24,000 bases of DNA. Origin: Ancylomarina sp. 16SWW S1-10-2 (GTDB lineage: Bacteria; Bacteroidota; Bacteroidia; Bacteroidales; Marinifilaceae). Below the pieces are notes generated by a model. The model worked only from the letters and a program-made list of their open reading frames with translations, ran no database searches and had not been told where the DNA came from. Numbering within the stretch: position 1 is the stretch's first letter; each line of letters starts with the position of its first letter. The stretch covers positions 1 to 24,000 of the forward strand of contig NZ_SADB01000021.1 of assembly GCF_009669305.1 (NCBI RefSeq). Direction: 5' to 3'. Below, piece by piece: positions 1 through 7,619 of the stretch. The translations under genes were made by a program, and so were the position numbers.

Positions 1-2
1 CA

Positions 3-290
3 TCTAAGGGAGCCGTTCAATCACTTACAAGATCATTAGCAAAAGATTTAGCTGAATATGGAATTAGAGTAAATGCTGTATCTCCTGGTACAATTGATAC
101 ACCATTTCATGCTCAAATTAAAGCAACTAAACCTGAGGTATTTGCTTCATGGGCAAATAATATTATGCTAGGAAGAATAGGTAAACCAGAAGAAGTTGCT
201 TCGGTTATATCCTTTTTAGCAAGTGACGATGCATCCTTTATGACAGCTGAAACTGTTCAGATTGGTGGAGGTCAAGCCTTAGGCATATAG
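3..290 (+). CDS. Short-chain dehydrogenase/reductase (SDR), C-terminal part; the 5' end lies outside the window
   Basis: The open frame from nt 3 translates to SKGAVQSLTRSLAKDLAEYGIRVNAVSPGTIDTPF...GRIGKPEEVASVISFLASDDASFMTAETVQIGGGQALGI, with stop TAG at 288-290. It contains the Lys of the YxxxK catalytic motif, the PG motif and a typical classical-SDR C-terminus. Its position beside kdgK/eda suggests a KduD- or uronate-reductase-like role, which is inference only. Confidence 0.8.
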   Translation, partial: SKGAVQSLTRSLAKDLAEYGIRVNAVSPGTIDTPFHAQIKATKPEVFASWANNIMLGRIGKPEEVASVISFLASDDASFMTAETVQIGGGQALGI

Positions 291-434
291 TATAAATACT
301 TTTACTTATAGAAGTTAGAGCAGATGAATTTCCAGAATGAGTCGTTTATCTGCATTAGAATACCCTTTTTTCTTAATAGGTAAGCATGTTGATATCAATG
401 GAGGTTTATTGTTTTATAAATCTTTGATTAGCAG

Positions 435-480
435 ATTCCGGGAAGATGTATTATACCCAATCGTTTCCCGGAATTTTGTT
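435..480 (+). terminator. Perfect 10-bp inverted repeat followed by a T-tract; either the SDR terminator or an operator overlapping the kdgK promoter
   Basis: ATTCCGGGAA (435-444) and TTCCCGGAAT (465-474) are exact reverse complements. They are separated by 20 nt and followed by TTTGTTT. The element lies 145 nt after the SDR stop and 23 nt before the kdgK ATG. The 20-nt loop is large for an intrinsic terminator. Confidence 0.35.
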
Positions 481-502
481 TAATATTTAGAATCAAATTA
501 AT

Positions 503-1540
503 ATGAATCAGAAAGTTATTAGTTTCGGAGAAATTATGTTGCGTTTATCAACGCCTGGATATAAAAGATTCAATCAAGCGTCAGAGTTTGTTGCAACTTA
601 TGGTGGAGGAGAAGCCAATGTTGCAGTTTCTTTAGCAAACTATGGCATCCCAACAGAATTTGTAACGCGTCTGCCAAATAATGATATGGGTAGAGCGTGT
701 ACTATGGAATTACGAAAATATGGCGTCGGAATCGATCAAATCATTTATGGAGGAGAGAGATTGGGAATCTATTTTTTAGAAACAGGTGCAGTTAGCCGTG
801 GAAGTAAAGTTGTTTATGATCGAGCAAATTCTGCTGTTTCTCAGATTGAAATCGGTATGATCGACTGGGATAAGGTTTTTGAAGGAGCCACATGGTTCCA
901 TTGGACAGGAATTACTCCAGCAATTTCGCAAGGAGCTGCTGATGTTTGTCTCGAAGCCATTAAGAAAGCCAATGAAAAAGGTATTACGGTATCGTGTGAT
1001 TTGAACTATCGAAAGAATCTTTGGAAATATGGTAAAACAGCTGGTGAAGTTATGCCAGAGTTGGTTGCAGGTACAGATATTATTCTTGGAAACGAAGAAG
1101 ATGCTGAAAAGGTCCTTGGTGTGAAAGCAGAAGGTGTTGATGTAACTGGTGGACACGTAGAAGGTGCAGCTTATGAATCTGTTTCGAGACAGATTATGAA
1201 GCAATTCCCTCGTTGTAAAAAAGTAATTACCACTTTACGTGGATCAATTAATGCGAATCACAATTTATGGTCAGGTGTACTTTGGGATGGAAAGACACTT
1301 TTTGACTCTCCAACTTACCAAATTACTCACATTGTTGATAGAGTAGGTGGCGGTGATTCGTTTATGGGAGGATTAATTTATGGCTTATTAACTTGGCCAA
1401 AAGATGATCAGAAAGCACTAAATTTTGCAGTTGCTGCGTCGTGTCTTAAACATACCATTTTTGGTGATTTTAATCAGGTGAGTGTTGATGAGGTAGAAAA
1501 ATTAATGAGTGGAGATGCTTCCGGAAGAGTAGCACGATAA
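503..1540 (+). CDS. kdgK: 2-dehydro-3-deoxygluconokinase (KDG kinase), PfkB family
   Basis: 345 aa. It carries PfkB signature 1 (GGGEANVAVSLA) and signature 2 (DRVGGGDSF), plus the N-terminus VISFGEIMLRLSTPGYKRF typical of KdgK proteins. It lies directly upstream of eda. Confidence 0.9.
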   Translation: MNQKVISFGEIMLRLSTPGYKRFNQASEFVATYGGGEANVAVSLANYGIPTEFVTRLPNNDMGRACTMELRKYGVGIDQIIYGGERLGIYFLETGAVSRGSKVVYDRANSAVSQIEIGMIDWDKVFEGATWFHWTGITPAISQGAADVCLEAIKKANEKGITVSCDLNYRKNLWKYGKTAGEVMPELVAGTDIILGNEEDAEKVLGVKAEGVDVTGGHVEGAAYESVSRQIMKQFPRCKKVITTLRGSINANHNLWSGVLWDGKTLFDSPTYQITHIVDRVGGGDSFMGGLIYGLLTWPKDDQKALNFAVAASCLKHTIFGDFNQVSVDEVEKLMSGDASGRVAR

Positions 1541-1632
1541 AATAATAATGAGTTATGAATTAGAAATTTATAATGATAACTAACGCATTGATAATTTTTA
1601 ATTCGTAATTCTCAATTCGTAATTTAATAAAT

Positions 1633-2310
1633 ATGGCTCAGTTTTCAAGAATAGAGGTGGCATTAAAGATGGCAGAAACAGGAATTGTACCTGTTTTCTT
1701 TCATAAAGATATTGAAATTTGTAAAAAAGTTGTAAATGCTTGTTACAAAGGTGGAATTCGAGTTTTTGAATTCACTAATAGAGGAGATTTTGCTCATGAG
1801 GTATTTGCTGAATTGATTAAATGGTCTACTATTAATACACCTGAAATGATTTTAGGTATTGGCTCAGTTGTCGATCCAGGCACAACATCATTATATATTC
1901 AATTGGGAACTAATTTTGTGGTTTCTCCAATTTTGAATCCAGAAATGGCAAAAGTGTGTAATCGAAGAAAAATTCTTTGGTCGCCTGGTTGTGGTAGTTT
2001 AAGTGAAATCAACTATGCTGAAGAATTGGGTGCTGAGGTTTGTAAAATTTTCCCAGGTTCTTCGGTAGGTGGTCCCGATTTTGTAAAAGCTATAAAAGGA
2101 CCTTGCCCTTGGTCTTCGATAATGCCTACAGGTGGTGTTAGTCCCGATGAGGAGAATCTTTCTGCGTGGTTTAAAGCAGGGGTGACTTGTGTGGGGATGG
2201 GATCACAATTGATTGGTAAAAATATTATAGAGAGTAACGCTTATGAAGAGTTAACTCAAACTGCTATGAAAGCATTGAAGTTTGTACAAAAAATTAAAAA
2301 GGAAAAATAA
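1633..2310 (+). CDS. eda: KDPG / 4-hydroxy-2-oxoglutarate aldolase
   Basis: 225 aa class I aldolase. It has KIFPG (the Schiff-base Lys context) and the MPTGGV motif. I saw no promoter-like box in the 92-nt gap after kdgK, so it is probably co-transcribed. Confidence 0.88.
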   Translation: MAQFSRIEVALKMAETGIVPVFFHKDIEICKKVVNACYKGGIRVFEFTNRGDFAHEVFAELIKWSTINTPEMILGIGSVVDPGTTSLYIQLGTNFVVSPILNPEMAKVCNRRKILWSPGCGSLSEINYAEELGAEVCKIFPGSSVGGPDFVKAIKGPCPWSSIMPTGGVSPDEENLSAWFKAGVTCVGMGSQLIGKNIIESNAYEELTQTAMKALKFVQKIKKEK

Positions 2311-2526
2311 GATTACAGCGTGTGAAGTAGAAAAAGTTAGGTGTATTTGTTTGGAATGTAATTTAAGCTTAGCTTGGATGACCAGTTTGTTAATTTGATA
2401 TTGTATTTAGAATATTCAGTTTTTGTTTTGAGGAAAACTCTAGTTTATTGTGGTTTTTTAATGTGTTGTAAACAACTATTTTACATCGTTCTTGTGAGTT
2501 ATATACATAATTGATTTTGTACATAG

Positions 2527-2557
2527 TTTGTATAAGGATGAAAAGTGATTAAATTTG
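2527..2557 (+). promoter_or_regulatory. Bacteroidota-type promoter for the GntR gene (-33 TTTG, -7 TAAATTTG)
   Basis: TTTG at 2527-2530 and TAAATTTG at 2550-2557 match the TAnnTTTG consensus, with a 19-nt spacer. The -7 box lies inside the GTG-initiated ORF of the track (2545), which argues for a downstream start codon. Confidence 0.4.
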
Positions 2558-2610
2558 TCCAACCAATAGCGTTTTTGCTATTAGCTAGAATGAAAGTAAT
2601 TGTTATTTAT

Positions 2611-3318
2611 ATGGACTTATTAGATAATTTTAAGACGATTGAAGTTGTAACACCTGTTGATAAAATTATTCGTCAGATTAGAGGCTTAATTGTTTCGGGG
2701 TATTTAAACCCTGGTGATAAATTACCTTCAGAAAGAAAGCTTTCAGAAAAGCTAGGAGTTGGTAGAACGTATATTAGAGATGCTATAAAAAAATTAGAAT
2801 TTTTTGGCGTATTAACCACTCTACCACAATCTGGTGTTATTGTAAATGGAATTGATATTTCAGCAATGGAAGGTCTTTTTTCTAATATAATGAAAATAGA
2901 GCGACCAGATTTCTTTTCTTTGGTAGAGACTAGGGTTACTATGGAGGTTTTTTCGATGCGATGTGCTGCCGAAAGAAGAACAGAAGATGATTTAATAGAA
3001 TTAGAAAAAGCATTGGAAGCATATGAAGAGAAGGCTAAAAAACACCTTCCTGCTGAAAATGAAGACTTTTTATTTCATTTAAAGATTGCTGAAGCTGGAC
3101 ATAATGCGGTGATAAAAGCCATGATGCTAATTATTTTGCCGGATATTTTAGCCATATACAGACAAGAACATGTTTGCCAAAAAGATGTGACTGAAGGAAA
3201 TTCCAATGAACATCGAGATATTCTAAATGCAATAAAAGAGCAGGATGGTGAAAAAGCAGCTTTACTAATGGAGAATCATTTACAGAATGTCTTAGATTTT
3301 AGTAAAAGAATGTTGTAA
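2611..3318 (+). CDS. GntR-family transcriptional regulator, FadR subfamily (wHTH plus FCD domain)
   Basis: The N-terminal wHTH reads LPSERKLSEKLGVGRTYIRDAIKKLEFFGVL and the C-terminus is an all-helical FCD-like domain. I moved the start to ATG 2611 (M23 of the track ORF) because the track start is GTG and overlaps the predicted promoter. ATG 2590 is an alternative start. Confidence 0.85.
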   Translation: MDLLDNFKTIEVVTPVDKIIRQIRGLIVSGYLNPGDKLPSERKLSEKLGVGRTYIRDAIKKLEFFGVLTTLPQSGVIVNGIDISAMEGLFSNIMKIERPDFFSLVETRVTMEVFSMRCAAERRTEDDLIELEKALEAYEEKAKKHLPAENEDFLFHLKIAEAGHNAVIKAMMLIILPDILAIYRQEHVCQKDVTEGNSNEHRDILNAIKEQDGEKAALLMENHLQNVLDFSKRML

Positions 3319-3446
3319 TTAGATAATGCGTAGATAGGTATTTATTGCAATTTGGATGTGTCATTTCCATGCAAAGTATTCTTTTATAATAACCACTTTC
3401 CTCAATTACTAGGTCAAGAATTTGCTTGATCTACTTCACTTTTATA

Positions 3447-3489
3447 CTCAAAGATGAAATTAATATTTCAATTCATTGAGTGTTTTTTG
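3447..3489 (+). terminator. Rho-independent terminator-like hairpin after the GntR gene
   Basis: The outer stem pairs CTCAA (3447-3451) with TTGAG (3476-3480). The inner stem pairs TGAAAT (3455-3460) with ATTTCA (3465-3470) around the loop TAAT. The hairpin is followed by TGTTTTTTGT. Confidence 0.5.
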
Positions 3490-3579
3490 TTACCTTTTTT
3501 TTTCAAGTCAGGCTCGTTTTTATTTACTAATCGTTAGAATCAGACATTAATTCTGATTTTCTAGTGTAAAGGGTGAATT

Positions 3580-4329
3580 ATGGATTTATTAGAAGTCATT
3601 TTTATTGTTGGGGCAGGTGTTTTTGCTGGATTTTTAAATGTTCTTGCAGGAGGCGGCTCATTAATTACCTTGCCACTTCTCATCTTCTTGGGATTACCTC
3701 CAACCATTGCCAATGGAACAAATAGAATTGGTATTCTAGCTCAAAATATATTTTCAGTTGCAAAGTTTAATCAAAAAAAGGTACACTCTTATCCTTACAG
3801 TATTTATTTGGGCATATCTGCTTTAATAGGTTCAATCATAGGTGCTTTTCTTGTTGTTGATATTGATGAAGAACTTTTCAAACGTATTCTTTCCATTGTA
3901 ATGGTATGTGTGGCCGTTTTAATTCTCTTCAATAATAAAGCTGGAGAATTGGCTACTGGGGAGAAAATGGAATTTAAAAACCAAATGTGGGGGGTAATCA
4001 GCTTCTTTTTTATTGGTATTTATGGTGGTTTTCTGCATGCAGGTATTGGCTTTATTGTTATCCTAGCCCTAACTAAATTAAATGGTTTCTCTTTGGTAAA
4101 AACCAATAGTATAAAAGTAACTGTGGCCTTAGTTTATACTTTTGCTGCAGTTGGCGTTTTCATTTATAAAGATGCTATCAACTGGAAATATGCATTAATT
4201 CTTGCTGTAGGAAATGCGCTTGGAGGATATTTGGGAGCTGCTTTTTCTGTAAAACGAGGCGACAAATGGATAAAAGGGATTTTATTAGTAGCCATATTGG
4301 TTTTGGCTGTTAAATTGTGGTTTTTTTAA
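3580..4329 (+). CDS. TSUP (TauE/SafE, DUF81) family anion permease
   Basis: 249 aa polytopic membrane protein. It has the N-terminal FLNVLAGGGSLITLPLLIFLG...ANGTNRIG motif and an internal repeat (GIYGGFLHAGIGFIV) characteristic of TSUP proteins. Confidence 0.85.
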   Translation: MDLLEVIFIVGAGVFAGFLNVLAGGGSLITLPLLIFLGLPPTIANGTNRIGILAQNIFSVAKFNQKKVHSYPYSIYLGISALIGSIIGAFLVVDIDEELFKRILSIVMVCVAVLILFNNKAGELATGEKMEFKNQMWGVISFFFIGIYGGFLHAGIGFIVILALTKLNGFSLVKTNSIKVTVALVYTFAAVGVFIYKDAINWKYALILAVGNALGGYLGAAFSVKRGDKWIKGILLVAILVLAVKLWFF

Positions 4330-4347
4330 ATTGATAAATTTTTTTCA

Positions 4348-5382
4348 ATGACTAATAAAAAAGTAATCACTTTTGGAGAAATTATGTTGCGATTGGCGAC
4401 ACCTGGTTACAAACGATTTTCTCAAGCGAGTACACTCGAAGCGACTTATGGTGGTGGTGAAGCAAATGTATCTGTATCACTGGCAAACTTTGGTATTCCC
4501 ACTGCCTGTGTAACACGTTTGCCGAATAATGATATGGGGAGGTTTTGTGTAGAATCTCTAAAGGAATATGGTGTAGATACAAGTTCAATTGTATTTGGAG
4601 GTGAACGTTTGGGAATCTATTTTTTGGAAACAGGAGCTGTTGCTAGAGGTTCTAAAGTAGTTTATGATCGAGCAAATTCTGCATTTACAGGTTTTGCAAA
4701 AGGAATGATCGATTGGGATGAGGTATTTCAAGATGCGGTTTGGTTTCATTGGTCTGGAATTATACCTGCAGTTTCGTTTGGTGCTACACAGGTTTTAGAA
4801 GAGGCTCTTGAAAAAGCTAATGAAAAAGGCATTACCGTTTCATGCGATGTGAATTATCGAAGTAAGTTGTGGCATGATGGCAACAAAGCAGAAGAAGTTA
4901 TGCCGGGTTTAATTGAGAGAACAAATGTGCTTATTGGAAATGAATTTGATGCTGAGAAAGTTCTTGGAATTCATACCAATTTGCCTTCTGATTCAAAATA
5001 TTCAAAAGTAACATTTGGAGAGGTGTCCAAGCAGCTCATTTTAAGGTATCCTCGATTAGAAAAGGTAATTACATCGAGACGAGGTACTATTAATGCAAAT
5101 TACAATACCTGGGAAGGAATGCTTTTCGATGGGGAACAGGTTTTTGAATCGGTAACTTATCCTATGACTCATATTGTTGATCGAGTTGGAGGCGGAGATG
5201 CTTTGATGGCTGGTTTAATTTATGGAATGCTCAAATGGCCTACGAATAATCAGAAAACCATTGATTTTGCAGTTGCTGCTTCTTTCCTAAAGCATACCAT
5301 TACTGGTGATGTAAATGATGTTTGTGTTGAAGAAGTAGAACATTTATTAAATGGAGATTTAGGAGGAGAAATAGAAAGGTAA
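4348..5382 (+). CDS. kdgK: Second KDG-kinase paralog (PfkB family)
   Basis: 344 aa and colinear with the 503-1540 product. By-eye alignment gives about 78% identity over the first ~110 residues and lower identity in the middle. Signatures GGGEANVSVSLA and DRVGGGDAL are present. It starts 18 nt after the TSUP gene. Confidence 0.85.
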   Translation: MTNKKVITFGEIMLRLATPGYKRFSQASTLEATYGGGEANVSVSLANFGIPTACVTRLPNNDMGRFCVESLKEYGVDTSSIVFGGERLGIYFLETGAVARGSKVVYDRANSAFTGFAKGMIDWDEVFQDAVWFHWSGIIPAVSFGATQVLEEALEKANEKGITVSCDVNYRSKLWHDGNKAEEVMPGLIERTNVLIGNEFDAEKVLGIHTNLPSDSKYSKVTFGEVSKQLILRYPRLEKVITSRRGTINANYNTWEGMLFDGEQVFESVTYPMTHIVDRVGGGDALMAGLIYGMLKWPTNNQKTIDFAVAASFLKHTITGDVNDVCVEEVEHLLNGDLGGEIER

Positions 5383-5452
5383 GCACTTCTCAAAACCTAA
5401 CATTAAAAAAGCTCATCAATTAAAAGTTATTAAACTGATAATAGCTTATAAA

Positions 5453-5460
5453 TATTTTTG
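5453..5460 (+). promoter_or_regulatory. -7 promoter box TATTTTTG upstream of the DUF1847-like gene
   Basis: This is an exact match to the Bacteroidota -7 consensus TAnnTTTG, 27 nt upstream of ATG 5487. I did not see a clear -33 TTTG. Confidence 0.35.
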
Positions 5461-5486
5461 ATATACGTTAAAACAATAGAAATACG

Positions 5487-5945
5487 ATGAAGAATTTGTA
5501 CACAGAAGAATTTCGTGAAATTATGAAAGTTAATTATGATTATACTAGTATGAGTTCAACTCGTATCGAAGAAATCATGAATTTTGCAAGGGGTATTAAT
5601 TTTGAGCGAATAGGAATTGCACATTGTATTACATTTTCAAATGAAGCTCAAATATTGAAGCAATATTTTTCGAAATACTTCGATGTTTATACTATTGATT
5701 GTAAGTATGGAAGGATAACTAAAAAGGATATTATTGGCGGAACTGGTGGTCGTATATTATGTAATCCTGCTGGACAAGCCGATTATTTAAATAAGAAAAA
5801 TACAGAATTAAATATTTCGATGGGTTTATGCGTTGGTCATGATATGATATTTAGTAAAATGTCGAATGGTTTGGTTACAAATTTATTTGATAAAGATTTT
5901 ACAAATAATAACAATATGGCGGAGGCTATTTCTCATATTTATTAA
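5487..5945 (+). CDS. DUF1847-like (putative metal-binding) protein
   Basis: 152 aa. The segment ILCNPAGQADYLNKKNTELNISMGLCVGHDMIF matches my recollection of the conserved DUF1847 core (CNP..Q...LN....LN..GLCVGHD). The N-terminal Cys cluster that I recall in many family members is absent here. The family call comes from memory and has not been checked against a profile. Confidence 0.45.
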   Translation: MKNLYTEEFREIMKVNYDYTSMSSTRIEEIMNFARGINFERIGIAHCITFSNEAQILKQYFSKYFDVYTIDCKYGRITKKDIIGGTGGRILCNPAGQADYLNKKNTELNISMGLCVGHDMIFSKMSNGLVTNLFDKDFTNNNNMAEAISHIY

Positions 5946-5960
5946 GTAAAATAATATACT

Positions 5961-6626
5961 ATGAAAACAATTGATTTACACATTCACACAACAGCATCAG
6001 ATGGTACCTATACACCTAAAGAGCTTGTTAATTATGCTGTAAAAAAGAAACTTTCAGCTATTGCTATTACCGATCATGATACCATGAGAGGTATACAAGA
6101 AGCAATGGATTATATTACGGAATCACAACTCCCAATAGAGCTTATCCCGGGTATGGAAATTTCAGCTTTAGGTTTAGGAGAGTTTTATGGAACTCACATT
6201 CTAGCCTATTTCCTTGATAAAAATAAGGAAGAATTAACTAATATCTTAAATAATGTAGAGGTTGATCTTCGCAAAAGTTCGGGAAGTCCAGAAGAGGTTA
6301 TAAAAATTGTTTCGAAATATGGTGGAATTACCTCTTTAGCACATCCCTTGGAATATTCTTATTCGATGCCAAAATTGGAGAAACTTATTGGGGAACTTGC
6401 ATCTTTGGGTTTAAATGGTGTTGAGTCAATTTACACGACTCACTCTGATGATCAAATTAAACAATTTAAAGCGATAGCTAAAAAATATAATTTGATTTAT
6501 ACTGGAGGCTCAGATTTTCACGGAACCAGAAAACCCGGTGTAGATTTGGGAAATGGTTTTGGAGACATGGTAATTCCTTATGATATAGTGAATTCGATGA
6601 AGAAAAAATCGATCGAGAATAATTAA
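5961..6626 (+). CDS. PHP-domain metal-dependent phosphoesterase (TrpH/YciV-like)
   Basis: 221 aa. It shows the PHP motifs DLHIHTTASDG, AITDHD, SLAHP and GGSDFHG. It starts 15 nt after the DUF1847-like gene. Confidence 0.85.
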   Translation: MKTIDLHIHTTASDGTYTPKELVNYAVKKKLSAIAITDHDTMRGIQEAMDYITESQLPIELIPGMEISALGLGEFYGTHILAYFLDKNKEELTNILNNVEVDLRKSSGSPEEVIKIVSKYGGITSLAHPLEYSYSMPKLEKLIGELASLGLNGVESIYTTHSDDQIKQFKAIAKKYNLIYTGGSDFHGTRKPGVDLGNGFGDMVIPYDIVNSMKKKSIENN

Positions 6627-6758
6627 CTGTATGACAAATGATTATCAAATTTATGGTATTGTGCGATATGGAGTGTGATGCGTAATTAGCTCACTAATAT
6701 TTAGTTTGTTTTTTTTAGATTTGGTGGATGTCATGCAATAATGAATAAATAAAATCAA

Positions 6759-6800
6759 CTGGTATTCGGCAATTATCTGCTTACCGAATATCAGTTTTAT
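6759..6800. terminator. Probable bidirectional terminator between the convergent PHP and acetyltransferase genes
   Basis: CTGGTATTCGG (6759-6769) pairs with CCGAATATCAG (6784-6794), giving an 11-bp stem with one G-U pair and a 14-nt loop. TTTTAT follows on the + strand and TTGATTTT follows on the - strand. Confidence 0.5.
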
Positions 6801-6819
6801 GCTTATTAAAAATGGCTAA

Positions 6820-7383
6820 TCAGCAGGGATCTAATTTTCTAATCACCTTACAAGGATTGCCTGCTGCAAATACATCTGAAGGAATATTTTTCGTAACAAC
6901 ACTACCAGCACCAATTATAGTTCGGTCTCCAATACTAACTCCTGGGCATATTACAACACTTCCACCAACCCAAACGTCTTCTCCAATTGATATGGCTTTA
7001 CCTAACTCAAGTCCTGTAGCTCTTTCTTTATAGTTGATTGGATGTGTAGCTGTATATATCTGGACATTAGGCCCAAATATAGTTCGATTCCCAATTTTCA
7101 CTTGCATGACATCTAATACAACACAGTTGAAATTAAAAAACACTTTTTCTCCAATAACTATGTTTGATCCATAATCACAATAAAATGGAGGTTGTATCCA
7201 CAAATCATCTTTTGAATTCGGAATTAAATGATTAAGAATTTCTTGTCGTTTATCTTTCTCATCTTCTTTGGAATCATTTAAATCTTTCAATAACAATCTA
7301 GTTCTTAGTCTTTCATTTGAAAGTTTTGCATCTAAAGCGTTATATAATTCACCCGAAAGCATTTTTTCTTTTTCTGTTTTCAT
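6820..7383 (-). CDS. maa: Maltose/galactoside O-acetyltransferase (left-handed beta-helix, hexapeptide repeats)
   Basis: 187 aa. The N-terminus is a Mac-type domain (MLSGELYNALDAKLSNERLRTRLLLKDLN). It is followed by hexapeptide repeats (IGNRTIFGPNVQI, IGEDVWVGGSVVI, IGDRTIIGAGSVV) and ends with GNPCKVIRKL. Confidence 0.85.
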   Translation of the reverse strand: MKTEKEKMLSGELYNALDAKLSNERLRTRLLLKDLNDSKEDEKDKRQEILNHLIPNSKDDLWIQPPFYCDYGSNIVIGEKVFFNFNCVVLDVMQVKIGNRTIFGPNVQIYTATHPINYKERATGLELGKAISIGEDVWVGGSVVICPGVSIGDRTIIGAGSVVTKNIPSDVFAAGNPCKVIRKLDPC

Positions 7384-7619
7384 CTTTTGCTATTCGCTTA
7401 TTTCTATATGGTATTCTTTACAATTTAAAACTTGAGTTTTATGGAATGTTACATTTTAAACTTGCAATACCGTTTATTTAAGTGTTTAAATATAGTACAA
7501 ATTGAAATATTTTAGATCTTGTTTTATCATGCAGGCTAAAATGGATCCGCTTATTGCATGACTTTAAAAGCGTCAATAAAAATTGGTTCTGTGGTATAAG
7601 AAATTGGCTAAGTAGCGTT

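Noticed and set aside
776-1204. 142-aa minus-strand ORF antisense to kdgK. The similar small antisense ORF at 4382-4588 is opposite the second kdgK.
   Set aside because: Both lie entirely inside well-supported PfkB kinase genes. The products are low-complexity and Cys/Asn/Phe-rich with no family resemblance, which is typical of shadow ORFs in low-GC DNA.
1600-1624. Direct repeat AATTCGTAATT x2 (period 14) between kdgK and eda.
   Set aside because: It is only 11 bp in AT-rich spacer DNA. It could arise by chance or be a trivial slip duplication, and there is no supporting context.
2545-2610. N-terminal extensions from non-ATG starts in the ORF track: GTG 2545 for the GntR gene, TTG 10773 for the CAP lipoprotein gene and GTG 14243 for glpA.
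   Set aside because: Predicted -7 promoter boxes fall inside two of the extensions. The extended peptides do not resemble the respective families. Internal ATGs give a canonical wHTH spacing, a signal peptide with lipobox, and the canonical GlpA length.
503-5382. The idea that SDR, PfkB kinase, aldolase and a TauE-like exporter form a sulfoquinovose (sulfoglycolysis) locus.
   Set aside because: Both kinases are close KdgK look-alikes, and the aldolase is a standard Eda rather than a YihT-type enzyme. No sulfoquinovosidase, isomerase or sulfolactaldehyde enzyme is present. A uronate/KDG pathway is the more parsimonious reading.
6812-7033. 73-aa plus-strand ORF opposite the acetyltransferase gene.
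   Set aside because: It is the antisense reading of the hexapeptide-repeat region, which gives a Pro/Thr/Ser-rich repetitive translation. The minus-strand acetyltransferase is clearly the real gene.
7527-7561. Inverted repeat TCATGCA-N21-TGCATGA downstream of the SDR-DUF2867 gene, considered as its terminator.
   Set aside because: No U-tract follows the hairpin on either strand and the loop is long. The evidence is insufficient to call a terminator.
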